Position numbers and translations under genes: made by a program. Below the pieces are notes generated by a model. The model was given only the letters and a program-made list of their open reading frames with translations. It did no database searches and was not told the origin of the DNA. A DNA stretch of 64,000 bases from Eledone cirrhosa (Eukaryota): positions 258,478,001 to 258,542,000 of the forward strand of contig OZ024741.1 in the NCBI GenBank assembly GCA_964016885.1. The letters run 5' to 3'. Of the stretch, positions 52,400 to 64,000 are shown piece after piece; the first letter of the stretch is position 1; every line of letters begins with the position of its first letter.

Positions 52400-55300
52400 G
52401 TTGTTGTTGTTGCTGTTTTCTCTGTCAGTGCCAGTGTTGTAGTTGTTGCTGTTTTCTCTGTCAGTGCCAGTGTTGTTGTAGTTGTTGCTGTTTTCTGTGT
52501 CAGTGCCAGTGTTGTTGTTGTTGCTGTTTTCTGTGTCAGTGCCAGTGTTGTTGTTGTTGCTATTTTCACTGTCAGTGCCAGTGTTGTTGCTGTTGCTGTT
52601 TTCTCTGTCAGTGCCAGTGATGTTGTAGTTGTTGCTGTTTTCTGTGTTAGTGCCAGTGTTGTTGTAGTTGTTGCTGTTTTCTGTGTCAGTGCCAGTGTTG
52701 TTGCTGTTGCTGTTTTCTCTGTCAGTGCCAGTGTTGTTGTAGTTGTTGCTGCTTTCTCTGTCAGTGCCAGTGTTGTTGTAGTTGTTGCTGTTTTCTGTGT
52801 CAGTGCCAGTGTTGTTGTTGTTGCTGTTTTCTCTGTCAATGCCAGTGTTGTTGTAGTTGTTGCTGTTTTCTGTGTCAGTGCCACTGTTGTTGTTGCTGTT
52901 TTCTGTGTCAGTGCCAGTGTTGTTGTTGTTGCTGTTTTCTCTGTCAGTGCCAGTGTTGTTGTTGTTGTTTTCTCTGTCAGTGCCAGTGTTGTTGTTGTTG
53001 CTGTTTTCTGTGTCAGTGCCATTGTTATTGCTGTTGTTGCTGTTTTCTGTGTCAGTGCCAGTGTTGTTGTTGCTGTTGTTGCTGTTTTCTGTGTCAGTGC
53101 CAGTGTTGTTGCTGTTGCTGTTTTCTTTGTCAGTGCCAGTGTTGTTGTAGTTGTTGCTGTTTTATCTGTCAGTGCCAGTGTTGTAGTTGTTGCTGTTTTC
53201 TGTGTCAGTGCCAGTGTTGTTGTTGTTGCTGTTTTCTCTGTCAGTGCCAGTGTTGTTGTAGTTGTTGCTGTTTTCTCTGTCAGTGCCAGTGTTGTTGTAG
53301 TTGTTGCTGTTTTCTGTGTCAGTGCCGGTGTTGTTGTTGTTGCTGTTTTCTCTGTCAGTGCCAGTGTTGTTGTTGTTGCTGTTTTCTGTGTCAGTGCCGG
53401 TGTTGTTGTTGTTGCTGTTTTCTCTGTCAGTGCCAGTGTTGTTGTTGTTGCTGTTTTCTGTGTCAGTGCCAGTGTTGTTGTTGCTGTTTTCTGTGTCAGT
53501 GCCCGTGTTGTTGTAGTTGTTGCTGTTTTCTCTGTCAGTGCCAGTGTTGTTGTAGTTGTTGCTGTTTTCTGTGTCAGTGCCGGTGTTGTTGTTGCTGTTT
53601 TCTCTGTCAGTGCCAGTGTTGTTGTTGTTGCTGTTTTCTGTGTCAGTGCCAGTGTTGTTGTAGTTGTTGCTGTTTTCTCTGTCAGTGACAGTGTTGTTGT
53701 TGTTGCTGCTTTCTCTGTCAGTGTCAGTGTTGTAGTTGTTGCTGTTTTCTCTGTCAGTGCCAGTGTTGTTGTTGTTGTTGCTGTTTTCTGTGTCAGTGCC
53801 AGTGTTGTTGTTGTTGCTGTTTTCTGTGTCAGTGCCAGTGTTGTTGTTGTTGCTGTTTTCTCTGTCAGTGCCAGTGTTGTTGCTGTTGCTCTTTTCACTG
53901 CCAGTGCCAGTGTTGTTGTTGCTGTTTTCTGTGTCAGTGCCAGTGTTGTTGTTGTTTATGTTTTCTGTGTCGGTGCCAGTGTTGTTGTTGTTACTGTTGC
54001 TGTTTTCTGTGTCAGTTCCAGTGTAGCTGTTGCTGTTTTCTGTGCCAGTGCCAGTGTTATTGTTGCTGTTGTTGCTGTTTTCTGTGTCAGTGCCACGGTT
54101 GTTGTTGCTGTTGTTGCTGTTTTCTGCGTCAGTGCCAGTGTTGTTGTTGCTGTTGTTGCTGTTTTCTGTGTCAGTGCCAGTGTTTTTGTTGCTGTTGTTG
54201 CTGTTTTCCGTGCCAGTGTTGTTGTAGTTGTTGCTGTTTTCTGTATCAGTGCCGGTGTTGTTGTTGTTGCTGTTTTCTCTGTCAGTGCCAGTGTTGTTGT
54301 TGTTGCTGTTTTCTGTGTCAGTGCCAGTGTTGTTGTAGTTGTTGCTGTTTTCTGTGTCAGTGCCAGTGTTGTTGTAGTTGTTGCTGTTTTCTGTGTCAGT
54401 GCCAGTGTTGTTGTAGTTGTTGCTGTTTTCACTGTCAGTGCCAGTGTTGTTGTAGTTGTTGCTGTTTTCTGTGTCAGTGCCAGTGTTGTTGTTGCTGTTT
54501 TCTCTGTCAGTGCCAGTGTTGTTGTAGTTGTTGCTGTTTTCTGTGTCAGTGCCAGTGTTGTTGTAGTTGTTGCTGTTTTCTCTGTCAGTGCCAGTGTTGT
54601 TGTAGTTGTTGCTGTTTTCTGTGTCAGTGCCAGTGTTGTTGTTGCTGTTTTCTCTGTCAGTGCCAGTGTTGTTGTTGCTGTTGTTGCTGTTTTCTGTGTC
54701 AGTGCCAGTGTTGTTGCTGTTGCTGTTTTCTCTGTCAGTGCCAGTGTTGTTGTAGTTGTTGCTGTTTTCTCTGTCAGTGCCAATGTCGTAGTTGTTGCTG
54801 TTTTCTGTGTCAGTGCCAGTGTTGTTGTTGTTGCTGTTTTCTCTGTCAGTGCCAGTGTTGTTGTAGTTGTTGCTGTTTTCTCTGTCAGTGCCAGTGTTGT
54901 TGTAGTTGTTGCTGTTTTCTGTGTCAGTGCCGGTGTTGTTGTTGTTGCTGTTTTCTCTGTCAGTGCCAGTGTTGTTGTTGTTGCTGTTTTCTCTGTCAGT
55001 GCCAGTGTTTTTGTTGTTGCTGTTTTCTGTGTCAGTGCCAGTGTTGTTGTTGTTGCTATTTTCACTGTCAGTGCCAGTGTTGTTGCTGTTGCTGTTTTCT
55101 CTGTCAGTGCCAGTGATGTTGTAGTTGTTGCTGTTTTCTGTGTTAGTGCCAGTGTTGTTGTAGTTGTTGCTGTTTTCTGTGTCAGTGCCAGTGTTGTTGC
55201 TGTTGCTGTTTTCTCTGTCAGTGCCAGTGTTGTTGTAGTTGTTACTGCTTTCTCTGTCAGTGCCAGTGTTGTTGTAGTTGTTTCTGTTTTCTGTGTCAGT

Positions 55301-58300
55301 GCCATTGTTATTGCTGTTGTTGCTGTTTTCTGTGTCAGTGCCAGTGTTGTTGTTGTTGCTGTTTTCTCTGTCAGTGCCAGTGTTGTTGTTGCTGTTTTCT
55401 CTGTCAGTGCCAGTGTTGTTGTTGTTGCTGTTTTCTGTGTCAGAGCCATTGTTATTGCTGTTATTGCTGTTTTCTGTGTCAGTGCCAGTGTTGTTGTTGT
55501 TGTTGTTTTCTCTGTCAGTGCCAGTGTTGTTGTTGCTGTTTTATCTGTCAGTGCCAGTGTTGTAGTTGTTGCTGTTTTCTGTGTCAGTACTAGTGTTGTT
55601 GTTGTTGCTGTTTTCTCAGTCAGTGTCAGTGTTGTTGTAGTTGTTGCTGTTTTCTCTGTCAGTGCCAGTGTTGTTGTAGTTGTTGCTGTTTTCTGTGTCA
55701 GTGCCGGTGTTGTTGTTGTTGCTGTTTTCTCTGTCAGTGCCAGTGTTGTTGTTGTTGCTGTTTTCTGTGTCAGTGCCAGTGTTGTTGTTGTTGCTGTTTT
55801 CTGTGTCAGTGCCAGTGTTGTTGTTGTTGCTGTTTCCTGTGTCAGTGCCAGCGTTGTTGTACTTGTTGCTGTTTTCTGTGTCAGTGCCAGTGTTGTTGTA
55901 GTTGTTGCTGTTTTCTCTGTCAGTGCCAGTGTTGTTGTAGTTGTTGCTGTTTTCTCTGTCAGTGCCAGTGTTGTTGTAGTTGTTGCTGTTTTTTGTGTCA
56001 GTGCCAGTGTTTTTGTTGTTGCTGTTTTCTCTGTCAGTGCCAGTGTTGTTGTAGTTGTTGCTGTTTTCTCTGTCAGTGCCAGTGTTGTTGTAATTGTTGC
56101 TGTTTTCTGTGTCAGTGCCAGTGTTGTTGCTGTTGTTGCTGTTTTCTGTGTCAGTGCCAGTGTTGTTGTTGTTGCTGTTTTCTGTGTCAGTGCCAGTGTT
56201 GTTGTTGCTATTTTCACTGTCAGTGCCAGTGTTGTTGTAGTTGTTGCTGTTTTCTGTGTCAGTGCCAGTGTTGTTGTTGTTGCTGTTTTCTCTGTCAGTG
56301 CCAGTGTTGTTGTAGCTGTTGCTGTTTTCTGTGTCAGTGCCAGTGTTGTTGTAGTTGTTGCTGTTTTCTGTGTCAGTGCCAGTGTTGTTGTAGTTGTTGC
56401 TGTTTTCTCTGTCAGTGCCAGTGTTGTTGTAGTGGTTACTGTTTTCTCTGTCAGTGCCAGTGTTGTTGTAGTTGTTGCTGTTTTCTGTGTCAGTGCCAGT
56501 GTTGTTGTTGTTGCTGTTTTCTCTGTCAGTGCCAGTGTTGTTGTAGTTGTTGCTGTTTTCTCTGTCAGTGCCAGTGTTGTTGTAGTTGTTGCTGTTTTCT
56601 GTGTCAGTGCCAGTGTTGTTGTAGTTGTTGCTGTTTTCTCTGTCAGTGCCAGTGTTGTTGTTGTTGTTGCTGTTTTCTCTGTCAGTGCCAGTGTTGTAGT
56701 TGTTGCTGTTTTCTCTGTCAGTGCCAGTGTTGTTGTAGTTGTTGCTGTTTTCTGTGTCAGTGCCAGTGTTGTTGTTGTTGCTGTTTTCTGTGTCAGTGCC
56801 AGTGTTGTTGTTGTTGCTATTTTCACTGTCAGTGCCAGTGTTGTTGCTGTTGCTGTTTTCTCTGTCAGTGCCAGTGATGTTGTAGTTGTTGCTGTTTTCT
56901 GTGTTAGTGCCAGTGTTGTTGTAGTTGTTGGTGTTTTCTGTGTCAGTGCCAGTGTTGTTGCTGTTGCTGTTTTCTCTGTCAGTGCCAGTGTTGTTGTAGT
57001 TGTTGCTGCTTTCTCTGTCAGTGCCAGTGTTGTTGTAGTTGTTGCTGTTTTCTGTGTCAGTGCCAGTGTTGTTGTTGTTGCTGTTTTCTCTGTCAATGCC
57101 AGTGTTGTTGTAGTTGTTGCTGTTTTCTGTGTCAGTGCCACTGTTGTTGTTGCTGTTTTCTGTGTCAGTGCCAGTGTTGTTGTTGTTGCTGTTTTCTCTG
57201 TCAGTGCCAGTGTTGTTGTTGTTGTTTTCTCTGTCAGTGCCAGTGTTGTTGTTGTTGCTGTTTTCTGTGTCAGTGCCATTGTTATTGCTGTTGTTGCTGT
57301 TTTCTGTGTCAGTGCCAGTGTTGTTGTTGCTGTTGTTGCTGTTTTCTGTGTCAGTGCCAGTGTTGTTGCTGTTGCTGTTTTCTCTGTCAGTGGCAGTGTT
57401 GTTGTAGTTGTTGCTGTTTTATCTGTCAGTGCCAGTGTTGTAGTTGTTGCTGTTTTCTGTGTCAGTGCCAGTGTTGTTGTTGTTGCTGTTTTCTCTGTCA
57501 GTGCCAGTGTTGTTGTAGTTGTTGCTGTTTTCTCTGTCAGTGCCAGTGTTGTTGTAGTTGTTGCTGTTTTCTGTGTCAGTGCCGGTGTTGTTGTTGTTGC
57601 TGTTTTCTCTGTCAGTGCCAGTGTTGTTGTTGTTGCTGTTTTCTGTGTCAGTGCCAGTGTTGTTGTTGTTGCTGTTTTCTGTGTCAGTGCCGGTGTTGTT
57701 GTTGTTGCTGTTTTCTCTGTCAGAGACAGTGTTGTTGTTGTTGCTGTTTTCTGTGTCAGTGCCAGTGTTGTTGTTGCTGTTTTCTGTGTCAGTGCCAGTG
57801 TTGTTGTTGTTGCTGTTTTCTGTGTCAGTGCCAGTGTTGTTGTAGTTGTTACTGTTTTCTGTGTCAGTGCCAGTGTTGTTGTAGTTGTTGCTGTTTTCTC
57901 TGTCAGTGCCAGTGTTGTTGTAGTTGTTGCTGTTTTCTGTGTCAGTGCCAGTGTTGTTGTAGTTGTTGCTGTTTTCTCTTTCAGTGCCAGTGTTGTTGTT
58001 GTTGCTGTTTTCTCTGTCAGTGCCAGTGTTGTTGTAGCTGTTGCTGTTTTCTGTGTCAGTGCCAGTGTTGTTGTAGTTGTTGCTGTTTTCTGTGTCAGTG
58101 CCAGTGTTGTTGTAGTTGTTGCTGTTTTCTCTGTCAGTGCCAGTGTTGTTGTAGTTGTTACTGTTTTCTCTGTCAGTGCCAGTGTTGTTGTAGTTGTTGC
58201 TGTTTTCTGTGTCAGTGCCAGTGTTGTTGTTGTTGCTGTTTTCTCTGTCAGTGCCAGTGTTGTTGTAGTTGTTGCTGTTTTCTCTGTCAGTGCCAGTGTT

Positions 58301-61300
58301 GTTGTAGTTGTTGCTGTTTTCTGTGTCAGTGCCAGTGTTGTTGTAGTTGTTGCTGTTTTCTCTGTCAGTGCCAGTGTTGTTGTTGTTGTTGCTGTTTTCT
58401 CTGTCAGTGCCAGTGTTGTAGTTGTTGCTGTTTTCTCTGTCAGTGCCAGTGTTGTTGTAGTTGTTGCTGTTTTCTGTGTCAGTGCCAGTGTTGTTGTTGT
58501 TGCTGTTTTCTGTGTCAGTGCCAGTGTTGTTGTTGTTGCTATTTTCACTGTCAGTGCCAGTGTTGTTGCTGTTGCTGTTTTCTCTGTCAGTGCCAGTGAT
58601 GTTGTAGTTGTTGCTGTTTTCTGTGTTAGTGCCAGTGTTGTTGTAGTTGTTGGTGTTTTCTGTGTCAGTGCCAGTGTTGTTGCTGTTGCTGTTTTCTCTG
58701 TCAGTGCCAGTGTTGTTGTAGTTGTTGCTGCTTTCTCTGTCAGTGCCAGTGTTGTTGTAGTTGTTGCTGTTTTCTGTGTCAGTGCCAGTGTTGTTGTTGT
58801 TGCTGTTTTCTCTGTCAATGCCAGTGTTGTTGTAGTTGTTGCTGTTTTCTGTGTCAGTGCCACTGTTGTTGTTGCTGTGTTCTGTGTCAGTGCCAGTGTT
58901 GTTGTTGTTGCTGTTTTCTCTGTCAGTGCCAGTGTTGTTGTTGTTGTTTTCTCTGTCAGTGCCAGTGTTGTTGTTGTTGCTGTTTTCTGTGTCAGTGCCA
59001 TTGTTATTGCTGTTGTTGCTGTTTTCTGTGTCAGTGCCAGTGTTGTTGTTGCTGTTGTTGCTGTTTTCTGTGTCAGTGCCAGTGTTGTTGCTGTTGCTGT
59101 TTTCTCTGTCAGTGGCAGTGTTGTTGTAGTTGTTGCTGTTTTATCTGTCAGTGCCAGTGTTGTAGTTGTTGCTGTTTTCTGTGTCAGTGCCAGTGTTGTT
59201 GTTGTTGCTGTTTTCTCTGTCAGTGCCAGTGTTGTTGTAGTTGTTGCTGTTTTCTCTGTCAGTGCCAGTGTTGTTGTAGTTGTTGCTGTTTTCTGTGTCA
59301 GTGCCGGTGTTGTTGTTGTTGCTGTTTTCTCTGTCAGTGCCAGTGTTGTTGTTGTTGCTGTTTTCTGTGTCAGTGCCAGTGTTGTTGTTGTTGCTGTTTT
59401 CTGTGTCAGTGCCGGTGTTGTTGTTGTTGCTGTTTTCTCTGTCAGAGACAGTGTTGTTGTTGTTGCTGTTTTCTGTGTCAGTGCCAGTGTTGTTGTTGCT
59501 GTTTTCTGTGTCAGTGCCAGTGTTGTTGTTGTTGCTGTTTTCTGTGTCAGTGCCAGTGTTGTTGTAGTTGTTACTGTTTTCTGTGTCAGTGCCAGTGTTG
59601 TTGTAGTTGTTGCTGTTTTCTCTGTCAGTGCCAGTGTAGTTGTAGTTGTTGCTGTTTTCTGTGTCAGTGCCAGTGTTGTTGTAGTTGTTGCGGTTTTCTC
59701 TTTCAGTGCCAGTGTTGTTGTAGTTGTTGCTGTTTTCTCTGTCAGTGCCAGTGTTGTTGTAGTTGTTACTGTTTTCTGTGTCAGTGCCAGTGTTGTTGTA
59801 GTTGTTGCTGTTTTCTGTGTCAGTGCCAGTCTTGTTGTTGTTGCTGTTTTCTCTGTCAGTGCCAGTGTTGTTGCTGTTTTCTCTGTCAGTGCCAGTTTTG
59901 TTGTAGTTGTTGCTGTTTTCTGTGTCAGTGCCAGTGTTGTTGTAGTTGTTGCTGTTTTCTCTGTCAGTGCCAGTGTTGTTGTTGCTGTTTTCTCTGTCAG
60001 TGCCAGTGTTGTAGTTGTTGATGTTTTCTCTGTCAGTGCCAGTGTTGTAGTTGTTGATGTTTTGTCTGTCAGTGCCAGTGTTGTTGTTGTTGCTATTTTC
60101 ACTGTCAGTGCCAGTGTTGTTGTTGTTGCTGTTTTCTGTGTCAGTGCCAGTGTTGTTGTTGCTGTTGTTGCTGTTTTCTGTGTCAGTGCCAGTGTTGTTG
60201 TTGCTGTTGTTGCTGTTTTCCGTGCCAGTGTTGTTGTAGTTGTTGCTGTTGCTGTTTTCTGTGTCAGTGCCAGTGTTCTTGCTGTTGCTGTTTTCTGTGT
60301 CAGTGCCAGTGTTGTTGTTGTTACTGTTGCTGTTTTCTGTGTCAGTTCCAGTGTTGTTGTTGTTGTTGCTGTTGCTGTTTTCTGTGCCAGTGCCAGTGTT
60401 ATTGTTGCTGTTGTTGCTGTTTTCTCTGTCAGTGTCAGTGTTGTAGTTGTTGCTGTTTTCTCTGTCAGTGCCAGTGTTGTTGTTGTTGTTGCTGTTTTCT
60501 GTGTCAGTGCCAGTGTTGTTGTTGTTGCTGTTTTCTGTGTCAGTGCCAGTGTTGTTGTTGTTGCTGTTTTCTCTGTCAGTGCCAGTGTTGTTGCTGTTGC
60601 TATTTTCACAGTCAGTGCCAGTGTTGTTGTAGTTGTTGCTGTTTTCTGTGTCAGTGCCAGTGTTGTTGTTGTTGCTGTTTTCTGTGTCAGTGCCAGTGTT
60701 GTTGTTGTTGCTATTTTCACTGTCAGTGCCAGTGTTGTTGCTGTTGCTGTTTTCTCTGTCAGTGCCAGTGATGTTGTAGTTGTTGCTGTTTTCTGTGTCA
60801 GTGCCAGTGTTGTTGTAGTTGTTGCTGTTTTCTCTGTCAGTGCCAGTGTTGTTGTTGTTGCTGTTTTCTGTGTCAGTGCCAGTGTTGTTGTTGTTGCTGT
60901 TTTCTGTGTCTGCCAGTGTTGTTGTTGTTGCTGTTTTCTCTGTCAGTGCCAGTGTTGTTGTAGTTGTTGCTGTTTTCTCTGTCAGTGCCAGTGTTGTTGT
61001 AGTTGTTGCTGTTTTCTGTGTCAGTGCCGGTGTTGTTGTTGCTGTTTTCTCTGTCAGTGCCAGTGTTGTTGTTGTTGCTGTTTTCTGTGTCAGTGCCAGT
61101 GTTGTTGTTGTTGTTTTCTGTGTCAGTGCCAGTGTTGTTGTTGTTGCTGTTTTCTGTGTCAGTGCCAGTGTTGTTGTAGTTGTTGCTGTTTTCTGTGTCA
61201 GTGCCAGTGTTGTAGTTGTTGCTGTTTTCTCTGTCAGTGCCAGTGTTGTAGTTGTTGCTGTTTTCTCTGTCAGTGCCAGTGTTGTTGTAGTTGTTGCTGT

Positions 61301-64000
61301 TTTCTCTGTCAGTGCCAGTGTTGTAGTTGTTGCTGTTTTCTCTGTCAGTGCCAATGTTGTTGTAGTTGTTGCTGTTTTCTGTGTCAGTGCCAGTGTTGTT
61401 GTTGTTGCTATTTTCACTGTCAGTGCCAGTGTTGTTGCTGTTGCTGTTTTCTCTGTCAGTGCCAGTGATGTTGTAGTTGTTGCTGTTTTCTGTGTTAGTG
61501 CCAGTGTTGTTGTAGTTGTCGCTGTTTTCTGTGTCAGTGCCAGTGTTGTTGCTGTTGCTGTTTTCTCTGTCAGTGCCAGTGTTGTTGTAGTTGTTGCTGC
61601 TTTCTCTGTCAGTGCCACTGTTGTTGTAGTTGTTGCTGTTTTCTGTGTCAGTGCCAGTGTTGTTGTTGTTGCTGTTTTCTCTGTCAATGCCAGTGTTGTT
61701 GTAGTTGTTGCTGTTTTCTGTGTCAGTGCCACTGTTGTTGTTGCTGTTTTCTGTGTCAGTGCCAGTGTTGTTGTTGTTGCTGTTTTCTCTGTCAGTGCCA
61801 GTGTTGTTGTTGTTGTTTTCTCTGTCAGTGCCAGTGTTGTTGTTGTTGCTGTTTTCTGTGTCAGTGCCATTGTTATTGCTGTTGTTGCTATTTTCTGTGT
61901 CAGTGGCAGTGTTGTTGTTGCTGTTGTTGCTGTTTTCTGTGTCAGTGCCAGTGTTGTTGCTGTTGCTGTTTTCTCTGTCAGTGCCAGTGTTGTTGTAGTT
62001 GTTGCTGTTTTATCTGTCAGTGCCAGTGTTGTAGTTGTTGCTGTTTTCTGTGTCAGTGCCAGTGTTGTTGTTGTTGCTGTTTTCTCTGTCAGTGCCAGTG
62101 TTGTTGTAGTTGTTGCTGTTTTCTCTGTCAGTGCCAGTGTTGTTGTAGTTGTTGCTGTTTTCTGTGTCAGTGCCGGTGTTGTTGTTGTTGCTGTTTTCTC
62201 TGTCAGTCCCAGTGTTGTTGTTGTTGCTGTTTTCTGTGTCAGTGCCAGTGTTGTTGTTGTTGCTGTTTTCTCTGTCAGTGCCAGTGCTGTTGTTGTTGCT
62301 GTTTTCTGTGTCAGTGCCGGTGTTGTTGTTGTTGCTGTTTTCTCTGTCAGTGCCAGTGTTGTTGTTGTTGCTGTTTTCTGTGTCAGTGCCAGTGTTGTTG
62401 TTGCTGTTTTCTGTGTCAGTGCCAGTGTTGTTGTAGTTGTTGCTGTTTTCTCTGTCAGTGCCAGTGTTGTTGTAGTTGTTGCTGTTTTCTGTGTCAGTGC
62501 CGGTGTTGTTGTTGCTGTTTTCTCTGTCAGTGCCAGTGTTGTTGTTGTTGCTGTTTTCTGTGTCAGTGCCAGTGTTGTTGTAGTTGTTGCTGTTTTCTCT
62601 GTCAGTGACAGTGTTGTTGTTGTTGCTGCTTTCTCTGTCAGTGTCAGTGTTGTAGTTGTTGCTGTTTTCTCTGTCAGTGCCAGTGTTGTTGTTGTTGTTG
62701 CTGTTTTCTGTGTCAGTGCCAGTGTTGTTGTTGTTGCTGTTTTCTGTGTCAGTGCCAGTGTTGTTGTTGTTGCTGTTTTCTCTGTCAGTGCCAGTGTTGT
62801 TGCTGTTGCTCTTTTCACTGTCAGTGCCAGTGTTGTTGTTGCTGTTTTCTGTGTCAGTGCCAGTGTTGTTGTTGTTTATGTTTTCTGTGTCAGTGCCAGT
62901 GTTGTTGTTGTTACTGTTGCTGTTTTCTGTGTCAGTTCCAGTGTTGCTGTTGCTGTTTTCTGTGCCAGTGCCAGTGTTATTGTTGCTGTTGTTGCTGTTT
63001 TCTGTGTCAGTGCCACGGTTGTTGTTGCTGTTGTTGCTGTTTTCTGCGTCAGTGCCAGTGTTGTTGTTGCTGTTGTTGCTGTTTTCTGTGTCAGTGCCAG
63101 TGTTTTTGTTGCTGTTGTTGCTGTTTTCCGTGACAGTGTTGTTGTAGTTGTTGCTGTTTTCTGTGTCAGTGCCGGTGTTGTTGTTGTTGCTGTTTTCTCT
63201 GTCAGTGCCAGTGTTGTTGTTGTTGCTGTTTTCTGTGTCAGTGCCAGTGTTGTTGTAGTTGTTGCTGTTTTCTGTGTCAGTGCCAGTGTTGTTGTAGTTG
63301 TTGCTGTTTTCTGTGTCAGTGCCAGTGTTGTTGTAGTTGTTGCTGTTTTCACTGTCAGTGCCAGTGTTGTTGTAGTTGTTGCTGTTTTCTGTGTCAGTGC
63401 CAGTGTTGTTGTTGCTGTTTTCTCTGTCAGTGCCAGTGTTGTTGTAGTTGTTGCTGTTTTCTGTGTCAGTGCCAGTGTTGTTGTAGTTGTTGCTGTTTTC
63501 TCTGTCAGTGCCAGTGTTGTTGTAGTTGTTGCTGTTTTCTGTGTCAGTGCCAGTGTTGTTGTTGCTGTTTTCTCTGTCAGTGCCAGTGTTGTTGTTGCTG
63601 TTGTTGCTGTTTTCTGTGTCAGTGCCAGTGTTGTTGCTGTTGCTGTTTTCTCTGTCAGTGCCAGTGTTGTTGTAGTTGTTGCTGTTTTCTCTGTCAGTGC
63701 CAATGTTGTAGTTGTTGCTGTTTTCTGTGTCAGTGCCAGTGTTGTTGTTGTTGCTGTTTTCTCTGTCAGTGCCAGTGTTGTTGTAGTTGTTGCTGTTTTC
63801 TCTGTCAGTGCCAGTGTTGTTGTAGTTGTTGCTGTTTTCTGTGTCAGTGCCGGTGTTGTTGTTGTTGCTGTTTTCTCTGTCAGTGCCAGTGTTGTTGTTG
63901 TTGCTGTTTTCTCTGTCAGTGCCAGTGTTTTTGTTGTTGCTGTTTTCTGTGTCAGTGCCAGTGTTGTTGTTGTTGCTATTTTCACTGTCAGTGCCAGTGT
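52400..64000. repeat. Dispersed duplication in satellite B: ~52400-55090 copied at ~61300-64000 (offset ~8.85-8.92 kb)
   Basis: ORF pairs 52857/61705, 53736/62656 and 53956/62876. Rare variants GTTTATGTTTTC and TTCTGCGTC are shared. Confidence 0.85.
56260..59704. repeat. 1,722-bp tandem duplication within satellite B
   Basis: ORF pairs 57114/58836 and 57558/59280. Rare variants GTTGGTGTTTTC, AGTGGCAGT and AGAGACAGT recur at a 1722 offset. Confidence 0.9.

Larger units (their letters stand above)
28712..64000. repeat. Satellite B: tandem array of a mostly 33-42 bp monomer GTCAGTGCCAGT(GTT)n GCTGTTTTCT[C/G]T with an embedded GTT microsatellite, ~950 copies, running off the right edge
   Basis: Continuous head-to-tail units. 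The main forms are 36 bp (GTT x4) and 39 bp (GTTGTTGTAGTTGTT). The + strand is strongly T/G-rich. Confidence 0.99.

Noticed and set aside
35308-56877. Cys-rich (CCCFLCQCQ) and Leu-rich ORFs as metallothionein/keratin-associated or membrane proteins
   Set aside because: They are alternate frames of the same GTT-based repeat.
59141-60910. Asn-rich NNNNTGTDTENS domain fused to a Thr-rich domain in ORF 59141..62818
   Set aside because: The apparent two-domain structure is a 2-bp deletion at ~60910 shifting frame within the same repeat.
41126-61468. 6,780-aa Val-rich ORF (and the 2,190-, 1,279- and 976-aa relatives) as a CDS
   Set aside because: Pure hydrophobic repeat with no unique domain. It switches between repeat frames at indels, and several of the six frames are largely open because of composition.
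28674-63985. Minus-strand Thr-rich ORFs as a mucin gene
   Set aside because: No signal peptide or non-repeat domain, starts are internal GTG codons, and the frame is broken by six frameshifts and four stops that were themselves duplicated. Kept only as a hypothesis in findings.
28712-64000. CRISPR array (33-39 bp periodicity)
   Set aside because: No unique spacers; the variable part is only a GTT tract, and there are no cas genes.

Overview
The whole window is tandem-repeat (satellite) DNA, most likely eukaryotic, and I can support no gene, RNA gene, CRISPR array or intact mobile element. It holds two different arrays joined with no spacer. Satellite A (1-28716, about 1,800 monomers) has a 16-bp consensus GACTTACGAGTGTTTC. 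Its homogeneous core (~5140-21060) is a 2,934-bp higher-order repeat (HOR) of about 184 monomers in ~5.4 copies, with a nested 5,868-bp two-HOR duplication and older, more diverged flanks. Satellite B (28712-64000, roughly 950 monomers) has the unit GTCAGTGCCAGT-(GTT/GTA/GCT)n-GCTGTTTTCT[C/G]T, mostly 33/36/39/42 bp, arranged as a patchwork of kb-scale duplications. The arrays meet at a 5-bp microhomology (GTGTT, 28712-28716). The ORFs in the track, including the 6,780-aa and 4,068-aa ones, are best explained as by-products of repeat periodicity. Periods were read from spacing of identical ORFs and rare variants, so block edges are approximate.
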